Shown here piece by piece: positions 31,310 to 42,096 of a stretch of DNA of 64,000 nucleotides. The notes below the pieces were generated by a model, which searched no databases, was not told the DNA's origin, and saw only the letters and a list, made by a program, of their open reading frames with translations. The stretch's first letter is position 1. Each line of letters begins with the position of its first letter. The stretch comes from an uncultured Planctomycetota bacterium (GTDB lineage: Bacteria > Planctomycetota > Planctomycetia > Isosphaerales > Isosphaeraceae). The stretch is taken from contig CAWJTV010000011.1 in the NCBI GenBank assembly GCA_963845755.1, positions 896,001 to 960,000 on the forward strand, written 5' to 3'. Made by a program: the position numbers and the translations under genes.

Positions 31310-32988
31310 GGGTGCAGGAACGCTAATGATTTTTCACGCAGCGATGGGTGCTTGCGTGTCGCGACCTGGCCGCGCGTAGGGATGACCTGGCCGGTTGCGA
31401 ATCTGGTCGATGAATTCCTCGTCGTCGTTGAGCCAAGCCGCGCGGAGGTTGAGCACGGCCTCGGGGTTGGCGTTGTTGTTCCAGAATTTCTCGCTCCCTT
31501 TGGCGCGCTGGTTGAGCTGCTTGACCCACGATTCCACCGGGCTGCTGGTGATGGGTAATCCGACCCGGCGGTAGCGCGGGTAGTCCATGCGCGACTGATT
31601 ATTCTCCAAGTAGCCGCGCTCGCGATCGAGCACGCACCAGGGATGGTCGGGGTCGTCTTTGGGATTCGTCGGTGGATCGATCCGGCTTTGGTGATCGGCG
31701 ATCTCGCCCAGGACGTCCCCGACGCGACCTTCCCAGCACGACTCCGCCCAGTGCCGGCCCAACTCAACGCCTTGGCCAGTGGCCTTGGCCGCGGCGTGCA
31801 CGTGTTCCGCGGCGTGGACGAAATCCAGGATCGGCTCGAAGTCGGCGAAGTGACGACGCTGGATCGACCAGTTATACGGCAGGCCGTCGCTGACGAAGGC
31901 CTTGGCCGTGGCGGTGAAGAAGCCGCGCCGGTCCGCGGCGGCAGCCGCCATCCAACCGAACGTCTCGCTGTCATTCAAGGTGGCCAGCCCGGAGCGGACC
32001 ACCGGGACCGGTCTCCAGTCCGGTTTCTCGGCCGGGGTCGCCGATTCACTCGCCGGTGGCAGCTCGACAGCCGATCCCAGAGGTCCAGCAAAGCACGTGG
32101 GGAGGTTCGGCTGTGGATCGACGTCGGATACCTGACGCTTCATCCGCAGCAGGACGGCCGTCTTGGTCTCCCTCCAAGCCGGCTCGTGGACCCCCGGCCC
32201 GTGGTCGGGTTGGCGCACCTGAATACGACCGCCATCGATCATGACGGCGGCCAACTCGATCGGCGGATTCGCGGCCGTCGTCGGCGTCATCAACGGGCGA
32301 TCTTTATAGGCCGTCGTCCGCTCGGTTTGCTCATCGACTCCGATGCCTCCCTGTTCCTGGCAGAGCGTCTGGAGGTGGCGGGGTGAGATCTTCAGTTCCG
32401 CAGCGATGCCGGCCAATTTCGCGGCCTCGGCGAACGAGCGGGCGGCGATGGCCATCGCGACCAGGATTGCCCGCATCGTCGGGCTATAGCCGCGGTGATC
32501 CAAGCCCTGGCGCGGTCTATTGGGGGAAAAAGACCCGCCGGCATCGCGGGCAAGAGTGCCGTGCCTCTTTGAGGGAGATCGGCCCGTCGCGGGTCTCCAG
32601 CGGTCGCTCTTGGATGGTTCCGGCGCAAGCCTGGCCGCAACCGGGACAGGGTTGCTCGTGCTCGGCGGACTCGGCGCATTGAGACGCGGTTTGCTCGCAG
32701 AGCAGGCGTGCCACCTTGCGACCGGCTTCGTGAGCGCGTTGCTCGATGGTGGCGAAGTCGAGCCCCGCACCCGTCTGATCAACCGCGAAGAATTCTTCCT
32801 TGACCATCCCGAGAAGTCGCTGAAGACGGGCATCCTGGGCCGAATCGGTAGGCGAGCCGCGAAACATGACGATCCTCCATGATCAAGCTATCTTGCCCCA
32901 ACGTCCTTCCACCCTATCAAAATTCGTCGAGTTCTCCTATTGACGTTTGGCTACACCCGGATGTGGCGACATTAGCGTTCCTGCTCCC
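31310..32988 (-). mobile_element. Complete ISKra4-family insertion sequence (1679 bp)
   Basis: 19-bp terminal IRs GGG(T/A)GCAGGAACGCTAATG; 9-bp direct repeat CTTACACTC at 31301-31309 and 32989-32997; DDE transposase. Confidence 0.9.
31334..32867 (-). CDS. ISKra4-family transposase, orfA (32517-32867) and orfB, probably joined by a -1 frameshift
   Basis: orfA with CPGC..CPRCRRVFFP; orfB with IDGG, SDG..W, LDFVHA, YLENN..MDYPRYR..GLPITSSPVES. Confidence 0.85.
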
Positions 32989-33242
32989 CTTACACTCTGT
33001 GTATCGTTTCTCGCCTTGCCTCGCTTGACCTCTCCGGGTATGGTCTCGGTCGTGTCCGGCTCCCGCGACGATTCGGGCGACCCGCTTTTGGCGCAACCCG
33101 TGCCCATCCACCTTCGGATCGACCTCAAAACCCCGCCACGAATCCCTGCGATCGGCGAACTCGCCAGAGCCGTGCCGGGCCGGTATCGCGGTTCGACTGC
33201 GCCGAGGTTGAGAACTCAACCCGAGGAGAGGAAGATCAGGGC

Positions 33243-35513
33243 ATGGGGCATCAGGAGAGGAACGCGACCCTCGGTGGTCGAGTCCGACGGGTGGCCGCAT
33301 GGCTGGCGATCGGACTGATGACGGTCGTGCCGTGCCGGTCGCTGGGCGAAGAGCCCTCGGCCCAGGACTGGGTCGGTAAGCGAGTCGTGCAGAAGTACAA
33401 CAACTTCCCCCTGCGCAACGACGGCCAACCCGTGGCGGGGAGCGGTGAGCGGTTCGTGATCTACCGCGTGGAGCGGGTTGAGGGCGGACGGCTCTGGCTC
33501 GAGGCCGAGGGGCAAGGCCTGCGCGGCTGGGCTGCGGTCGGACAGATGATCCCGGTCGACCAGGCCATCGCCTTCTTCACCGATCGAATCCGTACGCGCC
33601 CGGATGATCCGTTCCTGCGTTCGATGCGACTCGGGCTGTCGATGGATCAGTGCGCGCACGCCTGTGCCGTGGCGGATTGCACCAAGATGGTTTGCGCGGG
33701 GATCGCCGAGTTGAGCCGGAAGGCCCGGCTGGCGGCGCGGGAGGCGGCCGTGGCCGGAGTGCCCATCGAGTCCGACGGTCGTGAGCTTTCCCTCGAGGAT
33801 TGGCTCGGCCAGAAGGTTGTCCCGAAACATCGGGACTTCCGGCTTCCGAATGGACAGGGCGACCCCTTTCACGATAAGAAGCTCCTGTCTCACTACGTGC
33901 TGGACGTGAACGGCCTTTCACTGACGATCATGACTTCCCAGGGCGACGCCTGGGTCCCGGCCGATCAGGTCGTACCGCTCGACAAGGCGGTCGCGTTCTT
34001 CAGCGACACCATCAAGGCCAATCCCCGGGATCCGTTCCCTTACTTCATGCGCGCCAAGGTCCTGCTGGATGTGTCGAACGATCCGGACAAGGCCCTGGCG
34101 GACCTGAACGAGTCCATCCGCCTCGATCCGAAGAATGCGGCGAGCTACCGCAATCGCGCCGACGCCTGGTCGGAGAAGGGGGATCCGGACAAGGCCATCA
34201 CCGACGACTCGGAAGCCATCCGGCTCGATCCGAAGGATGCCGGCTCTTACCAGCATCGAAGCGAAATGTGGGGGGCCAAGAAGGATTACGACAAGGCCCT
34301 CGCCGACGTCAACGAGGCCATCCGGCTCGATCCCCGCGATGACGACGCATTCGCCCTGCGCGGCGATATCTGGCTGTCCAAGGAAGCCTACGATCAAGCG
34401 ATCGCCGATTACACGGAAGCCATTCGGGTCTATCGCCGCCGTCATGAGGTTTTGGCGGGTCGTCCCGCGTCCCAGTACGGAAATCCGAAGTCGGATCGGG
34501 CCGGCGACGATCCGGCGCACCTCGCTTTCTCACCGGCCGCGCCCACGCCATTGCCATCTGTTCTGGCAGACCTCGATCCCGATCGCTTCCTGGATCACGG
34601 GCGCGAGCTGGCCCTGGCCTACGTGGCGCGCGGGAGAGACTGGTCGGACCAGGAGGAATACGACCGGGCGATCGCCGACTACACCGAGGCCATCCGGATC
34701 GTTCCTCCGCTCGCCGAAGCCTACCTGAGTCGTGGCATGGCCTGGACGAAGAAGGAAGCGTACGACCAGGCGATCGCCGACCTCGACAAAGCCATCGAGC
34801 TCGACCCCCGGAACGCGGGTGCCCACGGTGTTCGCGGCGTCGTCTGGGGCGAGCGGAAGCAGTACGACAAGGCCCTCGCCGATTGCAATGAGGCGATCCG
34901 ACTCGATCCCAAAGACGGGGACGTCTACGTGTCCCGAGGCTGGGTTTGGAGATGTCAGCAGAAGTATGACAAGGCGATCGCCGATTTCAGCGAGGCCATC
35001 CGTTGCGAACCGCGGGAGGCGCGATTCTACAGCACGCGCGGCTGGGCCTGGTATGAGCGGAAGGCGTACAACCAGGCCCTCGCCGACTACGATGAGGCCA
35101 TCCGGCTCGATCCTGGCGATGCGTCCGGTTATGGAGGGCGCGGCTACGTTCTCTCGAAGAAGCGAGAGTATGGTACGGCTCTCGCCGACTTCGACCGGGC
35201 GATTCGCCTCGATCCGCGATGCGTGGGAGCCCACGCCGGCCGCGCCTGGATCCGGGCGACCGCTCGCGATGCGAAATACCGCGACGGCCCGAGCGCCAGA
35301 GAGTCGGCTTCCCAGGCGTGCGCGCTGTCGAAGGAGAAGAACGCCTACGCCCTCGATGCGATGGCCGCGGCCTGCGCCGAGGTGGGCGATTTCGACGCGG
35401 CGATAATCTGGGAGATCCGGGCGATCGAGCGCCAGAATGACGAGGAAGACCAGGCGGAATCCCGCTCGCGGCTGAAGCTCTACCGGGAACGGAAACCCTA
35501 CCGAGCCGAGTAG
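33243..35513 (+). CDS. Secreted TPR protein 2 (two SH3-like N-domains)
   Basis: Signal peptide; DWVGKRVVQ and DWLGQKVVP domains; TPRs; C-terminal AWIRAT..YRDG..AEVGDF..RLKLYRERKPYR cap. Confidence 0.9.
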   Translation: MGHQERNATLGGRVRRVAAWLAIGLMTVVPCRSLGEEPSAQDWVGKRVVQKYNNFPLRNDGQPVAGSGERFVIYRVERVEGGRLWLEAEGQGLRGWAAVGQMIPVDQAIAFFTDRIRTRPDDPFLRSMRLGLSMDQCAHACAVADCTKMVCAGIAELSRKARLAAREAAVAGVPIESDGRELSLEDWLGQKVVPKHRDFRLPNGQGDPFHDKKLLSHYVLDVNGLSLTIMTSQGDAWVPADQVVPLDKAVAFFSDTIKANPRDPFPYFMRAKVLLDVSNDPDKALADLNESIRLDPKNAASYRNRADAWSEKGDPDKAITDDSEAIRLDPKDAGSYQHRSEMWGAKKDYDKALADVNEAIRLDPRDDDAFALRGDIWLSKEAYDQAIADYTEAIRVYRRRHEVLAGRPASQYGNPKSDRAGDDPAHLAFSPAAPTPLPSVLADLDPDRFLDHGRELALAYVARGRDWSDQEEYDRAIADYTEAIRIVPPLAEAYLSRGMAWTKKEAYDQAIADLDKAIELDPRNAGAHGVRGVVWGERKQYDKALADCNEAIRLDPKDGDVYVSRGWVWRCQQKYDKAIADFSEAIRCEPREARFYSTRGWAWYERKAYNQALADYDEAIRLDPGDASGYGGRGYVLSKKREYGTALADFDRAIRLDPRCVGAHAGRAWIRATARDAKYRDGPSARESASQACALSKEKNAYALDAMAAACAEVGDFDAAIIWEIRAIERQNDEEDQAESRSRLKLYRERKPYRAE

Positions 35514-35569
35514 GTCAGGCTTTCCTGCCTGACGGATTTGATGATGTCAGGCGGGAAAGCCTGACCAAC
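35510..35569. repeat. GTAG-type REP doublet overlapping the TPR2 stop codon
   Basis: GTAGGTCAGGCTTTCCTGCCTGAC ... GTCAGGCGGGAAAGCCTGACCAAC; same family as 61855-61920. Confidence 0.8.
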
Positions 35570-35586
35570 GAATGGAGGATCGGGGA

Positions 35587-37160
35587 ATGAGGCATGGAGT
35601 GAAACACGCGACGATGGGCGAAACGGTCCGGCTGACCGCGTGGGTGCTGGTGTTTGGGCTGTCTATCGCCTTACCGGTGCGCTCGCTGGGCCAGCAGCCG
35701 GCCGGCCCGGAGGGAGGCGGCCTGCGCGTGGTGCCGAAGCATCGGACCCTCACTCTTCAGAACGGCGGCGGCGCGCCGCCGCGCGGTGAAGCCCGATGTC
35801 TTCCGCGTCGCTCAGTCCAAGGGCGGCTGGCTCTTGCTCCGGCCCGACGAGGGCCCCGCCGGCTGGGTTGCGGCCGATCAGGTCGTCGCCCTCGATCAAG
35901 CCGTCGCGTTCTTCAGCAGCGCGATCAGCAAGGACCCGCACGATCCCCACAACTTCGCGATGCGCGCCCTGGCGCTGCTGGTCGAACGGGAGGATCCGGA
36001 ACACGCCCTCGCCGACTGTAACGAGGCGATCCGGCTGGATGACAAGGACCCGATCGCCCACCGCATCCGCGGCGCGATCCACTCGGCCACCCAGAACTAC
36101 GACAAGGCGATGGGCGATTTCGACGAGGTCATCCGGCTCAGGCCGAAGGACGGGGCCTCGTATCACGACCGCGGGACCACCCGGATGTTCCAGCAGGACT
36201 ACGACCGGGCCATCGCCGACTTCAACCAGGCCATCCAGCTCAATCCCAAGGACGCGGCGAGCCATATCTCCCGCGCCGCGGCCTGGCTGGAGAAGAACCA
36301 GCAAGACCAGGCCATCGCCGATTGCAACGAGGCCATCCGGCTCGATCCCGCGAACGCCGATGCTTACCTGCTGCGCGCCTCGATCCATGGCCAGAAGCGG
36401 GAGTTCGACCAGGCCATCGCCGACTTCACGCGGATCATCAAGATGAATCCCCAGGCGTTCCTGGCGTACGAGGCGCGGGACGAGTTGGCGGAACAAGAAA
36501 GAGTACGCCCGGGCGATCGCCGATCTCAACGAGGCGATCCGCCTCAATCCGAACTACCCCGGCGCCTACGTCGAGCGCGGACTCACCTGGCGGGATCAGC
36601 GCGAATACGACAAGGCCATCGCCGATCTCGGGCAGGCCATTCGCATCGATCCCGAGAGCCCCGAGCTCTATGCCCTCCGCGGCGACACCTGGGTCGAGAA
36701 GAAGGGGTTCGACCAGGCCATCGCCGATTTCGGCCGGGTCATCCAGCTCGAGCCCAAGAACGCGTTCGCCTATTGCAGCCGCGGCCTGGCCCACGCCCGG
36801 AAACAGCAATACGACCAGGCGATCGCCGACCTCGACAAAGCCATCCAGCTCGATCCCAAGAACTCGGATGCCCTCAACGGCCGCGCCTGGTTCCGCGCGA
36901 CCTGTCCGGTCGCCAGCTATCGCGATGGGGCCCAGGCCATCGCCTCGGCCACCCAAGCGTGCGAGGTCGCCGGCTGGAAAGAGCCCGGACTGATCGACAC
37001 CCTCGCCGCCGCCTACGCCGAGGCCGGCGACTTCGGCTCCGCCCTGAAATGGCAGGCCAAGGCGATGACGCTGGAAACCGATGCCCACGAGAAGGCCGAA
37101 TACGGCGCGCGGCTCCAGCTCTATCAGGCGAAGAAGCCCTATCGTGAGGAGAAACCCTAG
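35587..37160 (+). CDS. Secreted TPR protein 3, frameshifts near 35775 and 36478
   Basis: [36 protein letters not shown] domain; TPRs; C-terminal [29 protein letters not shown]. Confidence 0.85.
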
Positions 37161-37478
37161 AGCGCGTAACGATTGCATTGCGCACGCCCCCGGGGGCGTG
37201 CGATCGACCCGCCGCAGCCCGGGGGGACGACCTCCGACGGCGGCCCGAAGGGCCGCAGGAGCAAAGCCCCGGGTGAAACCCGGGGTCCGCGGCAGGCCAG
37301 CCCCCATCTCCGGCGGCCTGAAGGGCCGCAGGAGACTTCCGGCACCCCTTCAGGGTGCACGAGGAAGGCGCGGGGTGCACGAGTCCCAGGGTTTCACCCT
37401 GGGCTGGGGTCCCGCGGCCCGTCAGGCCGCAGAACATCGGCTGACAGCGTGTGCGCAACCCATCTGTTATGCGCTCTA
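37158..37478. mobile_element. MITE-like element with 28-bp TIRs and palindromic cargo
   Basis: Left end TAGAGCGCGTAACGATTGCATTGCGCAC, right end GTGCGCAACCCATCTGTTATGCGCTCTA; TA at both ends; internal GGCCCGAAGGGCC / CCCGGGTGAAACCCGGG / CCCAGGGTTTCACCCTGGG palindromes. Confidence 0.75.
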
Positions 37479-37572
37479 ATGCGGCGCTGACCTGGAGGCG
37501 CTCAACGGTTGGATTTCCAAACAGCGCGAGAAGCGGCAAGGACGACGTCCGTACCACAAGGAGGATCGGGCT

Positions 37573-39639
37573 ATGCGGGGTTGGTGGAAGCTTGCGGCGA
37601 GTGGCGGCACTCGGCTCCGGGTCTGGAAGGCCGTCGTATTCCTGGGCCTGGCGATGGCCATGGCGGGCGTCTCGGGCGGCGAGGAGCCGTCGGCAAAAGA
37701 CTGGGTCGGCAGGCGGGTCGTGCAGAAGTACAACAACTTCCCCCTGCGCCACGACGGCCAGGCCGTGCCGGGGAGCGGAGAGCGGTTCGTGATCTTCCTC
37801 GTGGAGCGGGTCGAGGACGGACGGCTCTGGCTCAAGGCCGAGGGGGAAGGCCTGCGCGGCTGCGCCGCGGTCGGACAGGTCATCCCGGTCGACCAGGCCA
37901 TGGCCTACTTCGACGCGCGCATTCACGCCCATCCGGACGACACGTTCCCCCATTTCATGCGCGCCGGCCTGTGGATGGATCGGAACGAGATCGACCGCGC
38001 CGTGGAGGACTGCACCGAGATCGTCCGCCTCAACCCCGAGCCCCGTTCGTTCGTGGATCGCGGCAATCTCTGGCTGCGCATGCACAACGCCGACAAGGCG
38101 ATCGCCGACTTCGACCAGGCCATTCGCCTGGATCCTCGGGCCACCCCGGCGTTCACCGGGCGCGGTGAGGCTCACCTGCTGAAGAAGGAGTACGATCAGG
38201 CGATCGCCGACCACAGCGAGGCCATCCGGCTCGATCCCGACGACGTCGTGGCCCGCTTCAGTCGCGGACAGACCCAGGCGGAGAAGGGCGACTACGACCA
38301 GGCCATCGCCGACTTCACCGAGGCCCTGAAGCGCGATCGGGAATTCCTCGCGGCGCTCAACGGCCGGGGGCTCGCCTGGCACAAGAAGGCGGAGTACGAC
38401 AAGGCGATCGCCGACTACAACGAGGCCCTCCGCATCGATCCGAAGAACGCCACGATCTATTACAACCGCGGGCTCTCCTGGCAGTTCAAGAATGAGTTCA
38501 TCAAGGCGGTCAACGATTACAATCAGGCCGTTCGCCTCGACCCGCGCTACGCCGCGGCCTCCCGGTTCGGGCGTCCCACCTCGGGCCTGGCCGGGCTCGT
38601 CGGCGCGATCCAGGTTGGTCCGCCGTTCGCACCGGGGGGCGCGGGTGTCGTCGATCCGGACGTGCTCAAGGCGGGCGGTGACGACCCCTTCGGCAACTTC
38701 ACCCGGGACCTCGAGCGCGACCTGGCCTACGCCGACCTGTGCATGCGACGCGGCTACGAATGGGGGAGCGAGAAGGCGTACGACAAGGCGATCGCCGATT
38801 TCACCGAGGCCATCCGATTCAACCCGCACCTGACCGGTGCCTACATCGGCCGCGGCCACGCCTACCGCGAGAAGAAGGCGTTCGAGAAGGCCATCGCCGA
38901 TTACGACCAGGCGCTAAAGGAAGATCCGCAGGCCGGGGTCGCAGTCATGGGCCGCGCCCTGGCCCGGGAAGGTCTGGGACAGATCGACCAGTCGTTCGCC
39001 GACCTCAACCAGGCCGTCAAGCTCGACGCGCAGTCCCCGGTCGCCCATGCCGGCCGCGCCTACGGGTGGCTGCGGAAGAAGGACTACGACAAGGCCATCG
39101 CCGATTTCGACGAGGCCTTGCGCCTCGATCCCCAGATGCTCAGCGCCTACGTCGGCCGCGGTCATGCCCGGTTGGAGAAGAAGGCGTTCGACCAGGCGAT
39201 CGCCGACTACACCGAGGCCGTCCGGATCAATCCCGAGATCGTGGAGACCTACCTCGGCCGCGCCCGGGCCTGGTCCGAGAAGAAGGAATACGACAAGACG
39301 ATCGCCGACTACGCCGAGGCGATCCGGCTCGACCCGCAACTGGCGTGGGCCTACAACAACCGCGCCTGGCTCTGGGCGACGTGCCCCGAGGCCAAGGCCC
39401 GCGACGGCAAGAAGTCCATCGAATCGGCGACCAAGGCGTGCGAGCTGTCCGACTGGAAGGAGCCCGGCATGATCGACACTCTCGCCGCGGCGTATGCCGA
39501 GACGGGCGACTTCGAGGCGGCCGTGAAGTGGCAGACCAAGGCCAACGGGCTCTTCGCCGACGGTAAGGATAAGACCGACGGCGAGGCGCGGCTAAAGCTC
39601 TACCAGGAGAAGAAGCCGTATCGCGAGACGGCGCCGTGA
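37573..39639 (+). CDS. Secreted TPR protein 4
   Basis: AAGGAGGATCGGGC RBS, signal peptide, SH3-like N-domain, TPRs, conserved C-terminal cap. Confidence 0.92.
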   Translation: MRGWWKLAASGGTRLRVWKAVVFLGLAMAMAGVSGGEEPSAKDWVGRRVVQKYNNFPLRHDGQAVPGSGERFVIFLVERVEDGRLWLKAEGEGLRGCAAVGQVIPVDQAMAYFDARIHAHPDDTFPHFMRAGLWMDRNEIDRAVEDCTEIVRLNPEPRSFVDRGNLWLRMHNADKAIADFDQAIRLDPRATPAFTGRGEAHLLKKEYDQAIADHSEAIRLDPDDVVARFSRGQTQAEKGDYDQAIADFTEALKRDREFLAALNGRGLAWHKKAEYDKAIADYNEALRIDPKNATIYYNRGLSWQFKNEFIKAVNDYNQAVRLDPRYAAASRFGRPTSGLAGLVGAIQVGPPFAPGGAGVVDPDVLKAGGDDPFGNFTRDLERDLAYADLCMRRGYEWGSEKAYDKAIADFTEAIRFNPHLTGAYIGRGHAYREKKAFEKAIADYDQALKEDPQAGVAVMGRALAREGLGQIDQSFADLNQAVKLDAQSPVAHAGRAYGWLRKKDYDKAIADFDEALRLDPQMLSAYVGRGHARLEKKAFDQAIADYTEAVRINPEIVETYLGRARAWSEKKEYDKTIADYAEAIRLDPQLAWAYNNRAWLWATCPEAKARDGKKSIESATKACELSDWKEPGMIDTLAAAYAETGDFEAAVKWQTKANGLFADGKDKTDGEARLKLYQEKKPYRETAP

Positions 39640-39669
39640 CGAAGCCAGCTCGGCAAGGAGGATCGGGCG

Positions 39670-42066
39670 ATGCGAGGCTCGAGAGCGATCGCGGCGGCGT
39701 GCGGCGGGACGAGAGCGCCGAACACTCGCATTGCGCATGCCGCCGATTCGGATGGAGGGACCCCCTCATCCGCCCTTCTGGCACCTTCTCCCCGAGGGGG
39801 AGAAGGGGACGCGATCCGTCGCCCTCGCCCCCACGGAGAGAGGGTCGGGGTGAGGGGGCGTGTGCGCAATCCAACCGTGAAGCGATCTGGATCGCCTCAC
39901 ACTGGGGTTGGACACACGCGAAACCCTCTCCCGAAGAACCCCCCGGAACCCCCCCTGCGTAAGGGGGGGACAATTGAGGCGGGAGTGGTCCCTTTCCTGT
40001 CCCCCCCTTACGAAGGGGGGGTTCCGGGGGGTGGATTCGCGCCCCCACAGGGTGTGCGCCATTCAATCGTTAAGCGATCTAATGGAATCGGACTGGTCGT
40101 CGTCGTCGGCCTGATGACGGCCTGGGCGGTCAGTGCCCGCGGTGACGAGCCCGCCGGCAAGCGAGTCGTGTCCCGCTCTGGTGCTGGCCTCGATGGAGGC
40201 TTCCTGGCCGACCTTGTCGCCGATCTTCGAGAATTCGGCTCCGATTGCTGCGTCTTCTGCGGCTGCGTCTTGCTGGAGACCGACGAATACGACAAGGCGA
40301 TCGCCGCCTTCAACGCGGCCATCCGCCTCGATCCTCAGAACGCCGAGGCCTACACTGATCGCGGCTTTGCATGGTTTCAGAAGAACGAGCTGGACAAAGC
40401 GATTGCCGATCTGAATGAGGCCATCCGCCTCGATCCCCAGGTGGACGGAGCACACGCGAATCGCGCCGTCATCTGGTCGGTGAAGAAGGAGTATGACAAG
40501 GCCATCGCGGACTACTCGGAGGCCATCCGACGGGATCCGCGCGACGCTGCCGCCTATGCCGGTCGGGGAAGCGCATGGGGGAACAAAGGTCAGTACAACC
40601 GAGCCATCACTGATTACAAGGAGGCGATTCGGATCGATCCGCACCTCGCCACGGCCTACATCGGTCGTGGTGCCGCCTGGACGCGGAAGCTCGAGCTGGA
40701 CAAGGCCTTGATCGATCTGAATGAGGCCATCCGCCTCGATCCCCAGGACACACTCGCTTTCATCAACCGGGCCGAACTCTGGAGGGCGAAGAGTGAATTC
40801 GACCGGGCCATCGCCGATCTCACCGAGGTCATCCGGCGGGATCCCCGAGCCGCCAAGGCATATGCCGATCGCGGCTGGATCTGGAAGGCCCGCGGTGAGT
40901 ATGCCAAGGCCATCGCGGATTATTCCGAGGTCATTCGCCTCGATCCTCGAGATGCGCGGATGTTCAACAGTCGTGGGATCGCTTGGTATTTCCGGAAAGA
41001 ATACGATCGCGCGATCGCCGATTACACCGAGGCGATTCGCCTGGATCCGCGTTACGCTCAAGCCTACAACAACCGCGGGCTCGTCTGGCAAGTCAAGAAA
41101 GAATTTGACAAGGCCATCGCCGATTTCAACGAGGCGGTGGGCATCGATCCTCGGAACGCCAAAACCTTTGATAGCCGGGGCGAGGTCTGGTTTCAGAAGA
41201 ATGAGTACGACAAGGCGATCGCCGATTTCAACGAGGCGGTCAGGCTTGATCCCCGGCAGATCAGGTCTTACGGAAACCGCGCGTCAACATGGCGCAGAAA
41301 GGGAGAGTACGACAAGGCGATCGCCGACTGGAACGAAATCATCCGCATCGAACCTCAGTCCTCTGGGGCGTATAGTGATCGCGGCGCGGCTTCGATGAAC
41401 CTGGGGAAGATCGACGCGGCGATGGCCGATTTCAACGAGGCCCTGCGGATCGATCCTCGCCACAGCCTGGCCCACAGTAATCGCGGCTTGGCCTGGTGCA
41501 GCAAGGGAGAGTATGACAAGGCTATCGAGGATTGCAACAAGGCTATCCAGCTCGATCCACAATGTTCACTTGCCTACAACAACCGAGGTATTGCCTGGTG
41601 GAGCAAGAAAGAGCGTGATAAAGCCATCGCCGATTACACAACAGCCATTCAACTCGATCCTCGAGATGCCAGAACTTACTACAATCGCGGCATAAGCTGG
41701 CACGACAAGGGCGACTACGACAAGGCCGTCGCGGATTATACAGAAGCGATCCGGCTCAATCCCGGGCATGCTAATGCGCGTAGCGGCGGGGCCTGGATCT
41801 GGGCGACCTGCCCCGACCCGAAATACCGCGACGGCCAGAAGGCCGTCGCGTCGGCGACCAAGGCGTGCGAATTGACCCACTGGAAAGACGCGAATCACCT
41901 CCATACCCTCGCCGCGTCGTACGCTGAAACGGGCGACTTCGAGGCGGCCGTGAAGTGGCAGACCAAGGCCAATGGGCTGTTCGCCGAGGGTAAGGACAAG
42001 ACCGACGGCGAAGCGCGGCTCAAGCTCTACCAGGAGAAGAAGCCGTATCGCGAGACGACACCGTGA
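39670..42066 (+). CDS. Secreted TPR protein 5, with a 369-bp in-frame repeat insertion in the signal peptide
   Basis: AAGGAGGATCGGGCG RBS; open frame through the repeats; long TPR run; conserved cap; lacks most of the SH3-like domain. Confidence 0.88.
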   Translation: MRGSRAIAAACGGTRAPNTRIAHAADSDGGTPSSALLAPSPRGGEGDAIRRPRPHGERVGVRGRVRNPTVKRSGSPHTGVGHTRNPLPKNPPEPPLRKGGTIEAGVVPFLSPPYEGGVPGGGFAPPQGVRHSIVKRSNGIGLVVVVGLMTAWAVSARGDEPAGKRVVSRSGAGLDGGFLADLVADLREFGSDCCVFCGCVLLETDEYDKAIAAFNAAIRLDPQNAEAYTDRGFAWFQKNELDKAIADLNEAIRLDPQVDGAHANRAVIWSVKKEYDKAIADYSEAIRRDPRDAAAYAGRGSAWGNKGQYNRAITDYKEAIRIDPHLATAYIGRGAAWTRKLELDKALIDLNEAIRLDPQDTLAFINRAELWRAKSEFDRAIADLTEVIRRDPRAAKAYADRGWIWKARGEYAKAIADYSEVIRLDPRDARMFNSRGIAWYFRKEYDRAIADYTEAIRLDPRYAQAYNNRGLVWQVKKEFDKAIADFNEAVGIDPRNAKTFDSRGEVWFQKNEYDKAIADFNEAVRLDPRQIRSYGNRASTWRRKGEYDKAIADWNEIIRIEPQSSGAYSDRGAASMNLGKIDAAMADFNEALRIDPRHSLAHSNRGLAWCSKGEYDKAIEDCNKAIQLDPQCSLAYNNRGIAWWSKKERDKAIADYTTAIQLDPRDARTYYNRGISWHDKGDYDKAVADYTEAIRLNPGHANARSGGAWIWATCPDPKYRDGQKAVASATKACELTHWKDANHLHTLAASYAETGDFEAAVKWQTKANGLFAEGKDKTDGEARLKLYQEKKPYRETTP
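39711..40081. mobile_element. Two tandem MITE-like units (39711-39889 and 39888-40081) of the same TIR family as 37158-37478
   Basis: Four 28-bp ends similar to TAGAKCGCNTMAC-N7-TTGCGCAC; cargo 1 CCCTCATCCGCCCTT..CACCTTCTCCCC..GAGAAGGG; cargo 2 CCCCCCTTACGAAGGGGGG type. Confidence 0.72.
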
Positions 42067-42096
42067 CACGGCCTGCACGACAAGGAGGATCGACCG

